Of a stretch of 64,000 bases of DNA, positions 21,345-33,000 are shown one piece after another (position 1 is the stretch's first letter; each line of letters begins with the position of its first letter). The stretch is from contig CM035360.1 of the NCBI GenBank assembly GCA_020137815.1, positions 3,100,001-3,164,000 on the forward strand, written 5' to 3'. The DNA is from Hormiphora californensis (taxonomy: Eukaryota; Animalia; Ctenophora). The notes beneath the pieces were generated by a model. That model ran no database searches, had not been told where the DNA came from, and saw only the letters and a program-made list of their open reading frames with translations. The position numbers were made by a program, and so were the translations under genes.

Positions 21345-23626
21345 ATGGGCATATTCAGTAAATGGTCCATTCTGGAGAAAGTGGAGCACAAATTAGAAAT
21401 GGAAATCCTTCATAATCCCACCTTTCCATTCACAAGAAATGATACGGAACATGTGTTAGAGTATAGGGACAAGAGCCCTGATTTCTACATCTCATGTAAG
21501 CAGCTGGTAAACCATTCCACGTCTCGGCCTCTACCACATGTAGTATGCTACCTCGACCCTATACCATTTCTTTTGTCGCGTGTAGCCCGTAGCCAGATGG
21601 CAAATGCCGATCTAAGTGCAGCACTGACCGGGCGGCCTAGATTTTAATTTCCCTCCCTCTACCAGGGCTGGCTCCAGCCCGATATTTCTGGGGGGGTGCA
21701 AACTTTTCCCTAATAGTACCATTTGCGACCGGAGCACCCGAAGGGCGTGTAGGGAGCTCCGCCCAGGGGGGGGGGTTTGGGGGTCCAGGGGGCGAAGCCC
21801 CCGGAAATTTTTTAACTAAATCAAGCAAATTTTAGGGTTTTTAATCATTTGTGACGTCTACTTTCTAGATTTATGAATGCTACAATGCTCTCTCTCTCTC
21901 ACTCAGTGATGTTCACTAGGTGATTTAAATTCGGTTGTGATCAGTCAAAAATTTTACTGAAAATTTTGTATTTTTGGGGTGGTTTCCCAATCCAAATGGT
22001 CTCAGACAGTCTTGGCAGCTTCGCTGCCAAGAATTTTTGGGGGGGTGTGCAGTGTGCACCCCCCGCATCACCCCCCTGGAGCCAGCCCTGCCCTCTACTC
22101 ATCTAAATCCCTCCGCAGGTGTAGTATCCACGATATCTGGGCTGATTGCAATCATGTGGATATCCATCAGTCTCTCCACAACTGCGGAATTCAGCCAGGG
22201 AGTTATCTTCCCTGTGGCACTCTTCCTCTACTTCTCTCATCGTGCCACAAAACACTTCAAAGTAGGTGGATTGTTGTTTTGAGATCATTAATCATACTGT
22301 CAGAGCATTGGCCTGACAAAGATCATAGGTTCTCTCATCTAGGATTATATTATGTACTGATATATGAATTGTAAAGTGTGATTTCAAATAAAAGTAGTGA
22401 TCACGCCACATCTACCAAATCTGATTTAGAAAAAAGGGGGCACCGCTCTCTCTTATCGTGAGCTGTTCGAGGGAATCTTTTGGCAGTTTTGCTAGATAGC
22501 GAGCAGTATATATTCTCAATATGAATTACCTTGTTCCCCAGACCCGTTCGTACAAAGTGAATTTGGAGAAGGGAACATATCAGTTTTATATCGGAGAAGA
22601 ACTAAGGTATCAGGGGGAGTTACATAACTTGTATATCAGGATGAAGGAACGAATCACAACAGGTCAGTTTAAACAAAATGTGACTGGGACAATGTTAATT
22701 GCCTTGTTTGTAGCAGGATCAAGGAGATTTAAACATTTTCAGGTTTGCCGTATTACGAGATGATTCTAAACGGTTACAACGGCACTTGCATCAGCATCTC
22801 AGGTCTCTCTAAAAACATCAGAAAGATGCGAGAACTGGGTAAATTAATCAATTTAGTATTGACACAGTTTGTCAACTTTTCTCTAAAAAGTCGCAATAAA
22901 ACCTGACAATTGTGTTTGATACGTTGGCCCAAAGTATGGCTCACTTTCCAATCCACGTAAATGGAACGCGCGACACCAATCCGCTACAAAGACTAAGTTT
23001 CAGCACTTGGCGTGACAGAAGCGCGCAGTGGGTGTCTAATCTATCGTACCATCCTGTTTCAGGCAAGAGTATGTCGAAACGATTGGCCATCAACTACTTC
23101 GACTGCAAGGATGTTTCATCGCACCACATTGTTCACTGGGAGAGACCTGTTCGAATCGAATCAAGGTATAAAAAGTGCGGAATTGTGAGAAATGCATCGG
23201 GGATGTAGCTCAGCGGTAGAGCGTGCGCTTTGCATGCGCAAGGTCCGGGGTTCGAGACCCCGCATCTCCACTTTTGTTTCCCAGCCTTTTAAAATATTTT
23301 AATTATTAATGACACACCCTACACAATTCCGTTTTTTACCCGCATATATCCACTTTTGCGCACTTTGTACGATTTGACAACTGTTTGTATCATTTTGAAC
23401 TAACTCTCTCTCTCATCCTCCCAACAGCTCCACCTCACTTTTGGACGAGACCCATATTGGGACACCCAACGACAATGGTGGTTCGACCGAGCTGCCCACC
23501 ATCAGTCTGCCCAGTCTACCAGTGATAAGATTGAGGAAGAACGTGAGCTGTGCGAGCAGTGTTCCTTCCGTGAATGTGATAAGTGAGGGTATTGAGGAGG
23601 AGGAAATGACTCAGATCGATCAGTGA
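21345..23626 (+). CDS. TMEM249: TMEM249 (CatSper-theta)-like two-TM protein, 6 exons
   Basis: Exons 21345-21495, 22119-22261, 22542-22662, 22743-22838, 23063-23165 and 23428-23626 splice in frame. NPTFPF...VLEY, two hydrophobic helices, YQFYIGEELRYQGELHNLYIRM, YYEMILNGY and LGKSMSKRLAINYFDCKDVSSHHIVH resemble TMEM249 (recognised from memory). The start codon is not certain. Confidence 0.75.
21663..22090. mobile_element. hAT-like MITE in TMEM249 intron 1
   Basis: 15-bp TIR cagggctggctccag / ctggagccagccctg; perfect 8-bp TSD ccctctac (21655-21662 and 22091-22098). Confidence 0.92.
23199..23270 (+). tRNA. tRNA-Ala (TGC)
   Basis: GGGGATG/CATCTCC acceptor stem with the G3:U70 Ala identity pair; anticodon arm tgcgc-ttTGCat-gcgca; A box and GGTTCGA B box; downstream T4 terminator. 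Confidence 0.97.
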
Positions 23627-24085
23627 CATATCCACAAGTACATCGTGGTCCTTGGAGTCAGAGTGAGTGAGATAGGCCTTGGAATGATAGACAGTTGTGT
23701 TTTTGGGGGCTCTCATAATATTTGAATTGAACATTGCATTGCCAGCCCGTGATAGGTTGTTGAGTAAAAAGGGACGACTGATAAGTAGAACAACAAGTGT
23801 TTGGGGCGAATTGAACATTGTAGTGTTCCAAATTTCATTTCAAATACAAAAGAACTCAGTCTTTTAAAGGGCTATTAAATAACCTCATATATCGAGTCAG
23901 AACGTCTTCCTCAACTAGTCAAAGTAACCACAGAACGAAAAGTCTGCTGTGGCAAACAAAATTGTCACTAATCTAAATCAGCAGGTAGTGACTAATAGTG
24001 AATATCTACCCCTATTATTCTGAATCAAAGCTTCACTGGCCACTATAAATATAATCATGGGAATCATGTTCAGAGTCCACTCTTC

Positions 24086-27000
24086 TCACGTCCCAAAACT
24101 GAGTCCGGCTACCCCGCAGCACGCCCGAGGCACATTAATCTTCTCCATGGGTGCCCACTTGTTAGTGAAGGGGTCGTACATTTCAACTGTTGTTACACAC
24201 TGTGATACATCACATCCACCCACAACATATAACTTGCTGTTCAGTACTCCACAACCCGCATAACTGAACGGGGAGATGGGTGTTAGTAAGGTAATAGTGA
24301 AGATGGGGTATAAGCGGTATAAGAGACTAGATCCAAAAACCAAACAAGTTTGGTGGATAGCCGGGGCCGCAGAAATTTAAAAACGTGCGAAAGTTTTGAT
24401 ACATGAACTTTCGGGGCCTGGGGTGCTGTTAAATTCGCGTTTCCATGATTTTAACCAGCAACATTTTCAAACTATACGCCAGGAAAACTATCGTAATGAT
24501 TGCAAGTTATCATTATTTTTGATTCCACATTATCATACATACAGCTCCACACATATCACGTATAATATACATACTGCACACAGTGGGTCGTTTCAGAGTC
24601 TGTTTCACAGAATAATAGTGTGTTTTGAAAGAACGGCTGACTATCATGGAAACGCGAATTTAACATCACCCCAGGCCCCGAAAGTTCATGTATCAAAACT
24701 TTCGCACGTTTTTAAATTTCTGCGGCCCCGGCTATCCACCAAACTTGTTTGGTTTTTGGATCTAGTATCAGGCATTTTGTTATACTACTTAGCTGAGTTT
24801 AATAAACGTGGATTGGGGATTCACGGACTTTTTCAATCGTAGATATCCAATCTCGGATATCAATTGAGAATAACGAATATGATAGTAATCGCGGACAACC
24901 AATCGCGGATAACTGATCACGAATCCGCGATTAATATCGCGATTAGCTATCGCGATTAATTGTCGCGATTAGCTATCGCGATTAGCTATATTTGCGATTA
25001 GCTATCCGCGATTGGTAACTATCATATTACTCATTCGCGATGAGTTGTCGTGGTTATAGTTATCCGCGATTACTATTATTTATTAGTTATCAGCGATTGA
25101 TATCCGCGATTGGTTCTCCACGATTATTCTCTGATTTTGATTATATTAGTTACGGATAACGATCACGGATAAGCATTGATAATCAAATATATTATCTGAT
25201 ACAATCAGGTTCTAGATGCTAATTCGCTCTTTTCTCGGTTTTTTTAAATCGTCTTATATTTAAGACAGTCATAACTCTAGATATGACTACCCATTATAAC
25301 TGAAAATACGGCAGTAAACTTTATCTTATAAAATAAATCTGATTCAATGTTAATCTAGACTCTGAAACGCTTCTTTCTAGGCGTTTTTAAAATCGTCTTA
25401 TATTTAAGACAGTCATAACTCTAGATATGACTACCCATTATAACTGAAAATACGGCAGTAAACTTTATCTTATAAAATAAATCTGATTCAATGTTAATCT
25501 AGACTCTGAAACGCTTCTTTCTAGGCGTTTTTAAAATCGTCTTAAATTTAAGACAGTCATAAATCTAGATATGACTTCCAATTATATCTGAAAATACAGC
25601 AGTTGACCTACATCGGCAAAATATATTTGATAAAATCATGATTTATAGTTTAATTTGCTCTTGGATCACAATCTAAATCTTGAACGACAGGTTAATAATG
25701 TGAGGAAACAGTGTGGACTGATATTACGGAATCTCTGGCAATTACACAGGTGTTTTGATGTTACAACAAAGATCATGTTGGTGAAACAGTTGATCATTTC
25801 TAGAATTGATTACAGCAATATTCTGTATTGTGGACTTCCTGGCCGAGTTCTCAGCGGGCTCCAGAAACTTCTCAATGCCTGTGTTCGTTTTGTATTTAAC
25901 CTCCATGGACACCAAGACAACTATATGGAGTATTTCAGGCAGTGTCATATTTTACCGATCTCCTACAGGCTGGACTTCAAAGCATGTTTGATTGCCTATA
26001 AAATAGTCAATGGAACAGCCCCGTGTTATCTCCAGGATTTGGTGCCACGTGATGAGACTTGGGGAACCTCTAGGACTACGAGAATGACTAATGTTCCGGA
26101 TCCCTATAGGTTAAAACATCCAAAGATGACCAGTATTAATGCCAACTCTAAGTTGAGACGTAGGAGGTTATCAGTATTCCTGCCTTCTGTCTGGAATGAG
26201 CTTCCCCTTGAGCTCAGGTCAATCCCCAACGTGGAAACCTTCAAAACCCGGCTGAAAACACATCTCTTCGTTGGTGCATTTGGAGTGGGTGATGGGGAAC
26301 CCATGGCTGAGTTGTAATGTTTGTTGTAGTTGTGGGGCCTGCGGGCAGTCAGTGTCATCCTCTCTCTAGCCATGTTACTAATTCACTACCTAGTATCCTT
26401 TTTCCGAGCAGGTGTAAGTAAAGTGTGTTTTGAATTTATATCTACAGGTTTATGGGACCAGTTATTCCTTCAGTTTTATAAGTCCAGTTATTTTAGTCTT
26501 ACAATATATTGTTCTTTTTTCAACCAGAGTGTTCGTGTGTGTCATATATTTAATCGAGGATATACCGCTCTGATGACTCGTCGGAGCATCGCCAATATTT
26601 TGACATGTTTCCGTCGGGTATGGGCGGTATACAAGCGCGGAATATTATTATTATTATTATTATCTTTTCTTGGTTTTTTTGAAAATCGTCTTAAATCTTA
26701 ATACAGTCAGATGCACGTAACTGAAGAACCGTAACTCGGATTTGCTTGAAATTTTGATCGTGTGCTCAAGATGTCGAGACAACATTACTTACCAAGCGGC
26801 GTATTCGTAGAACGATGGGATAGCTGTCTTAGACGCCAAAGAAAACTTAAGACAGTCATAACTTTTGTTATGACTGTCCGTTTTCTCTGTCCAAGCTTTA
26901 ATACAAGGTACACCACTAGACCTACCGACTCCCAAAGTTTCATGGTGATGGCTTTAAAACTCTGGCCTCTATTAACTACGCAAAAAAGTCGTTATTTTAC

Positions 27001-30000
27001 GGTGGTTCGTGACGCGAAAAACGGACATTTTGTCTAAAATACGACCCTCTGTAACGTAAAAACCGTAACTCCGATTTGCATGAAATTTTGAACGTGTGCT
27101 CTAGGTGTCAAGGCAACACGAACTACCAAGCGGCAAGTTCGTAGGACAACGGGAAGGTTGTCTAAAACAAAGTTGAAATTGCCGATTTCAGACAATAAGT
27201 ATAGTAGCGCTGTCAAAATTTTCAAAAATTTTCAAAAAATTCAAAAAATTTTTTCCCTGCCCGGGTGAATGCCCGAAGGGCATTCACCCGGATGATGTTT
27301 TTAGCACGCACGTGCTAAAAAGATCATTCAGGGTTTAGAAATCAGCAGATCGTGGGGTTAACTAAATGTGTCCGTCCGTCACGGACAACGCCTGACAACG
27401 CTCGAGTGCGCTCCTTCATCAAATCAAATAACTGTTTTGATGAAATATGATGTCCGGACGCTTATTTCCCTGAGCTGTGCGCGGCGCTAACCGTGACAGA
27501 AAGTACAAAGCCGCGCACGTTTCCTTACAGAAAATCCGTTCGGCGAAGCGTGTTACGTTTAGTTGACGCTGCTAACTTGCGATATCGAACTTGGTGGTTA
27601 ATGAAATGAGTGTTTGGGTTAGGTACTGTCGAATGCTCGTTACTAAGTTTGAGTTAGCGATGTGAGAAGTACACATCGCATGCATCTCACATTACCAATT
27701 GTGAGCAAGCCTTGATATTGTGATAGTGAGATACTGATCCTGTTGACGAAGGGCAGGGAAACACCGCATTATGAATACATAATGCAATAATTCTTGTTTT
27801 TCCGCAATTTCGATTTTCCATTCACTGGAAGCAAGAATGCTTGGAAAATGGACATTTTTAAGGGACGGATGGTTGCGGGGAGGGAGGATTGGGCCCCGGG
27901 CGCTTGCCAGCGCTATGATACAAAAGGGCGTGTGTAGTGGGACAGTTCAGATAAGAGGGACTAAAAGAAAGATTGTTGCACACCGGCCGTCTGCTGTTTC
28001 AATAAATGGCTGCCCTCCCTCTCACCTGCGGGGGTTACCAAGGTGTGCCACAGCAGTCCATGTATCCGATATGGGGTTATACTTCTCAACAGTACTGAGA
28101 TTTAGTGAGCCGTTGTAACCGCCTGCCACCACTATCTCACTCCCCACTACTCCTGCTACACAATAGGATCTGTGTGCTGTCATTGAACACACTGTCTCCC
28201 ATCTGTTCATCCTCACATTGTACCTGAGAAATTGTTCGTTTTATACAGCGGAGTCTGCGTTATTATTAAAAGAATTACAGATTGAGGGAAATGGTTTGTG
28301 GATCTGGAAGTGAGGGCTTCATTCTGTTTCTGAATTTCAAATTTGAAAACTGTGTGACTAGAAATGTTAAATTACCTCTCGACACTTTTCAACTCCTGGC
28401 TACCATCGTGTCCCCCTATTGCGTATATCATCCCCCGACACGTCGTCACGGCAACACCATTCCTAGGAAACTGCATCCTAGCAACAGTGCTCCACCCGTT
28501 ATCTCGGGGATCAAATCGTTCCACTGTGTTTAGCGTTGTGGAGCTGCTGTTACCCCCGACAACGTAGCTTGAGGGAGGGGAACAGGGTTAGTTGGTGTGA
28601 TGGGGAACAGGGTTAGTTGGTGTGATGGGGAAGGAGGGGTTAATTAGAGAACATTGGGAAGACATGGTTGGGATCCCTTAGATAAAGATTGTAATAGATA
28701 CTTACAGACAATTATCTAGGATAGTGGTTCCAGCACAGCTTCTCTCCTTGCTCATGCTTGGTAGGAAGGACCATCTGTTAGTATACACGTCATATCTCTC
28801 GACACTGCTCAGAGCTGCTGTCTGCTCGAACCCTATAGTGGTAGAGGGTGAGGGGTCTGAGTAACTGGCTAGCGGCGCCAGACTCCAATTTGATTCAGAT
28901 GGGGTTGGCGGCGCCAGACAGCTGGAGAAAGGAGGTGAGGGTCTGGAGACAGAGATCTAGGAAAGTCTGTTAAGAACTGTTTTTCGAAAAAGATTGATAT
29001 CATGATCTCTTTTATTCTGACGAAAGATTATGAAATAAAAGAATCTCTTACCTCCCGCTACATAAAGATATCCCTGTAGAAATGCAACGGAAGGTCCACT
29101 CCGTTCAGTGTTCATGTTAGCAACTGGTATCCACTCACTTGTTTCTGTAGAATAACATTCCACCTATGACGGGAGAGGGGGGTTAACTATCGATAACTTT
29201 GGAAATGGGCACCTGCACCAAACCCTCCCAAAATACTAAAATAGCCCTTTGGTGTCCCACTTGGTTTCGTATTTTCCCACGGTTCCACCATCATCAGATA
29301 AGAATAAGATTTAGAGACTTCGTAAGGTGAGAAATAATCTTGTCAAACTACCAAATATAAAGTCTCTATCTTGTCAGGGGTGGACTCAACCGTGGGGCCA
29401 AGAATGCGGAGAAAAAGTGGGAGGTTTAAGGTTTCCGGGAAATTTCCCACGCCTCAACTTATTTCCCACGGTGTGTGTAAATGTGCGCATTGCAAATGCT
29501 GAAATCACACTTTCAACAGATCGTTAGTCATCGTGCGCGCCGGATGAGTCTCCGCTGAGAATGGTGGAATTGTCTGGCGGCGCCGACCCGATCTCGGACC
29601 TGAGCAAAACGGGTCTGGCAACACCAGACAGGGAATTGTAGGGTAGTACAGGGTGTCCCACTGTCTTTGCGTGACCTGTTATTTTGGGTGATGAGTGGGT
29701 TCCATTCAAATTCTCATAACTCATCGAAAAATAGGTCAAAACAGCTCAACCAAAACCAGTGTTGTAGAGAATTGTCAGGCGAACATTTGGGTACAAGATT
29801 GATGTTCCAAGTCTTACCAATCGTCAGATATATCGTCTTAAAGTCAAAAATACGTGTTCATGAAATCCGACCGGGGTTCACGTTTAAAAAAATTCACAAA
29901 TGCAAAGTTGCTCGGATCACATTGCATCCCTCATAAGAGTTGTAGGAAATTGTCTGGCGGTCATTTTGGTACCCGGGTTTTTGTCCTAGCTCAATGTTTA

Positions 30001-33000
30001 GAGTGTCTTATGACTGTCTAAAGACGAAATTCAACAAACATTTTTGAGGGGATCACGTGTCATCAACAAATGGGTAAAATGGTTTGAAATTTATAAGAGC
30101 TTCATTGGAATCGTCTAAGGTTCATTTTGATACCATGCTTTTTTCCATAGCTCTACGTTTGAGTTGCGTTATGACTGTATGAACATAAAGATTTTTCTCT
30201 GCTGAGTGCTGAGTCTTAGTTGGTATCGGCTCACAACCCCTAATTAGGTGGCTCGGTGTCGTGTGTAATCCCATGATAATCAGCACATATCGTCTCAATT
30301 TCATCTAGGCACTTGACAGGGTTGTTATGACGATTTGGCAAGGCCCCTGTTAATGTGTAGGATACGCAAGTGGTCTATCTCAACCCTATCATGCACTAAG
30401 ATGTTATTCAAGCAGCTATGAGTTTCATAACAGGGCAAAATGTAATGCGATACCTGAGACCACTTTTGTGAAAATTCCAGTTCTGACAGTCATAAGACAC
30501 TCTAAACATTGAGCTAGGACAAAAACCCGGGTACCAAAATGACCGCCAGACAATTTCCTACAACTCTTATGAGGGATGCAATGTGATCCGAGCAACTTTG
30601 CATTTGTGAATTTTTCAAAACGTGAACCCCGGTCGGATTTCATGAACACGTATTTTTGACTTTAAGACGATATATCTGACAATTGGTAAGACTTGGAACA
30701 TCAATCTTGTACCCAAATGTTCGCCTGACAATTCTCTACAACACTGTTTTTGGTTGAGTCGTTTTGACCTATTTTTCGATGAGTTATGAGAATTTGAATG
30801 GAACCCACTCATCACCCAAAATAACAGGTCACGCAAAGACAGTGGGACAATCCATTGCTTTTGGGACAATCCATTGCTTTTGTGAGACACAAATTGGATG
30901 ATATCAATCACAACTCACGCTTTTTAGTCGACTTCCGTTTAGTTCCTCTCCCCCTACGACATACAGCACAGTACTGACAAGTCTGCATCGCCCAGGGTTG
31001 TTTAGGGGACCAGGTATCACAAACTGACTTCTGTTATCTGTAATGTTGGAGATCAGTATATTGTTAATATGGTTAATGAGGACACAGCTTCAGGCGACTC
31101 AGCTGGTCGGGGCAAGCTGGCCGTCAGGTGTAGATAAGAGATACATTTGATAAAATTAACATGAATCAAATCTGGTTTAAAGTCGGATTTTTTGAAGTTG
31201 TCACCCCCCTTCTCGTGCGCGGAATGTTTTTGCGCGTCACATCACATGTTAACGTGTGGTGTGCGCGTCAAAATTGATAAATTTCACACGCGCGGTCATT
31301 TTGGGGTGACAACTTCAAAAAATCCGACTTTAGTAGCACCATATTCTTTGTTCAATAACACCTTTCAAACAAACAGCTTGCATTCTAAGTAATAAGACTC
31401 TGGTTTTGATAGATCTAAATTCTAAACACAACTCTATTTCTAACCAAGGGACAGGGATGACAACAGCACAAAAACACCTTGCAATTGCGATAAATGCAAT
31501 ATTTTAAATCTAACAAAACCAGAGTCGTTTATTGGTAGAAGTCGAATCTAAGTTGCTATAACCCATGACGGATGTAGGCGAGATGGGTTGGTGACACATA
31601 CTAGACGAAGTGGTAAGTGGTAATGGTGACACATATGACACGAAGCACTGGAAAATTGTGCTAAACCTCTAATTACCGGGAAGAAGATGGTAGTTTTTAG
31701 CTTTGTGCAGGAGGGAATTACATGTCACGTCATTTGTTATCAAATCATCAGTTTCTACCTGCAGAGAGAGACATGAATGAAAATGGGGGGGGGGGATGGC
31801 TTGTATTGTATTGCAACAGCACAAGGGATGGCGACCTCCAAGACCATCACTGTCATTGACGTTGAAAATTGTTCAAACTGTGTATTTGAAGGGGCAGTGA
31901 AATTCTGCTATCTGAAGATATTGTATGACGTATGAGAGATAAGAAAATGCGTGCAGTAAATCAGAGGGGCCCAGAACAAAGAGGAGTGGATTATGTCCGC
32001 ACACATGTGCTGTACAGAGGGAGATAACAATTATTTGTTGTCACTGTTTGCTTCTTTTGATGATAAACCCAGGAAAGCGGTTCCTTATTCGCATGTTATG
32101 TGCAGTAATTCTACCAATAAAATAGGAGGTATGAGACCAAAAGAAGACGGAGAATTATGAGTCATAGTTTGTTCTTTTTTCACTTTGTTCATGTCATAAT
32201 ATCAAGAATATCATGAACATAATAATATCATGAATATGACAAAGCGAAAAAAGAACAAACTGAGCTATCGAATTAGCCTTGTTCATGTTCGACATTTTCT
32301 CTCCGCAGACCGCGACGGCGACAAGTGTAAAGGACGGTTAGAACAAACTAAAATCTTGACCCACCTTTGTCAGAAGGTATCGTATTGGTATGAGAGGTAA
32401 CCGAATAGCGGAGAAGAGAGATTGTAGGTATGTTAACCTTGCAGTTACGTCATATTTGATCCAAGATATGACTCCTTCAAAGACCTGATCCTCACTATCT
32501 GCATGTAGGTTGTCACTGCTTATCAACTCCCACACCTGAAATTGTGTTGTTGAGACGTTGAGTTCAACACGCATTGTGGGGAGGGGGTTTCAAGCACTAA
32601 CACTGACTAAGCTAAGGGGTATTATCATAGACGGGCTGAGTCGGTACCTACGTCAACTGTCAAGAGACGCCATGTGGAGTAAAATATTCTACAAATTTTT
32701 GATTTGGGGATTTGATTGTTTTGGTGCTATGCTACCTGTGTGTAACTAATACTATGTGCTGTGCTACCTGTGTGTAACTGAGTTTACAGAAGTCCCCAGT
32801 CTGCGATATCTCCTTGAAGTGCTGCAGCGTGTACCGATCTGCTGCAGCCTCTAACTCCTCGCATTGTATGGTTTTAGCGAAACTCCGTAGGGAGATACAT
32901 GTTAGAGGGCTCATGTGCCTCTTTAGGAACTCTACACACGCCTGGGGGGAATTACATGTTAAATGGTCGGAGAGATCCTTACTTTAACTAAGAGAGATCC

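Noticed and set aside
22103-22288. Cys-rich minus-strand ORF as a third DSL module
   Set aside because: It lacks DSL cysteine spacing and is the antisense of TMEM249 exon 2, which has proper splice sites on the plus strand.
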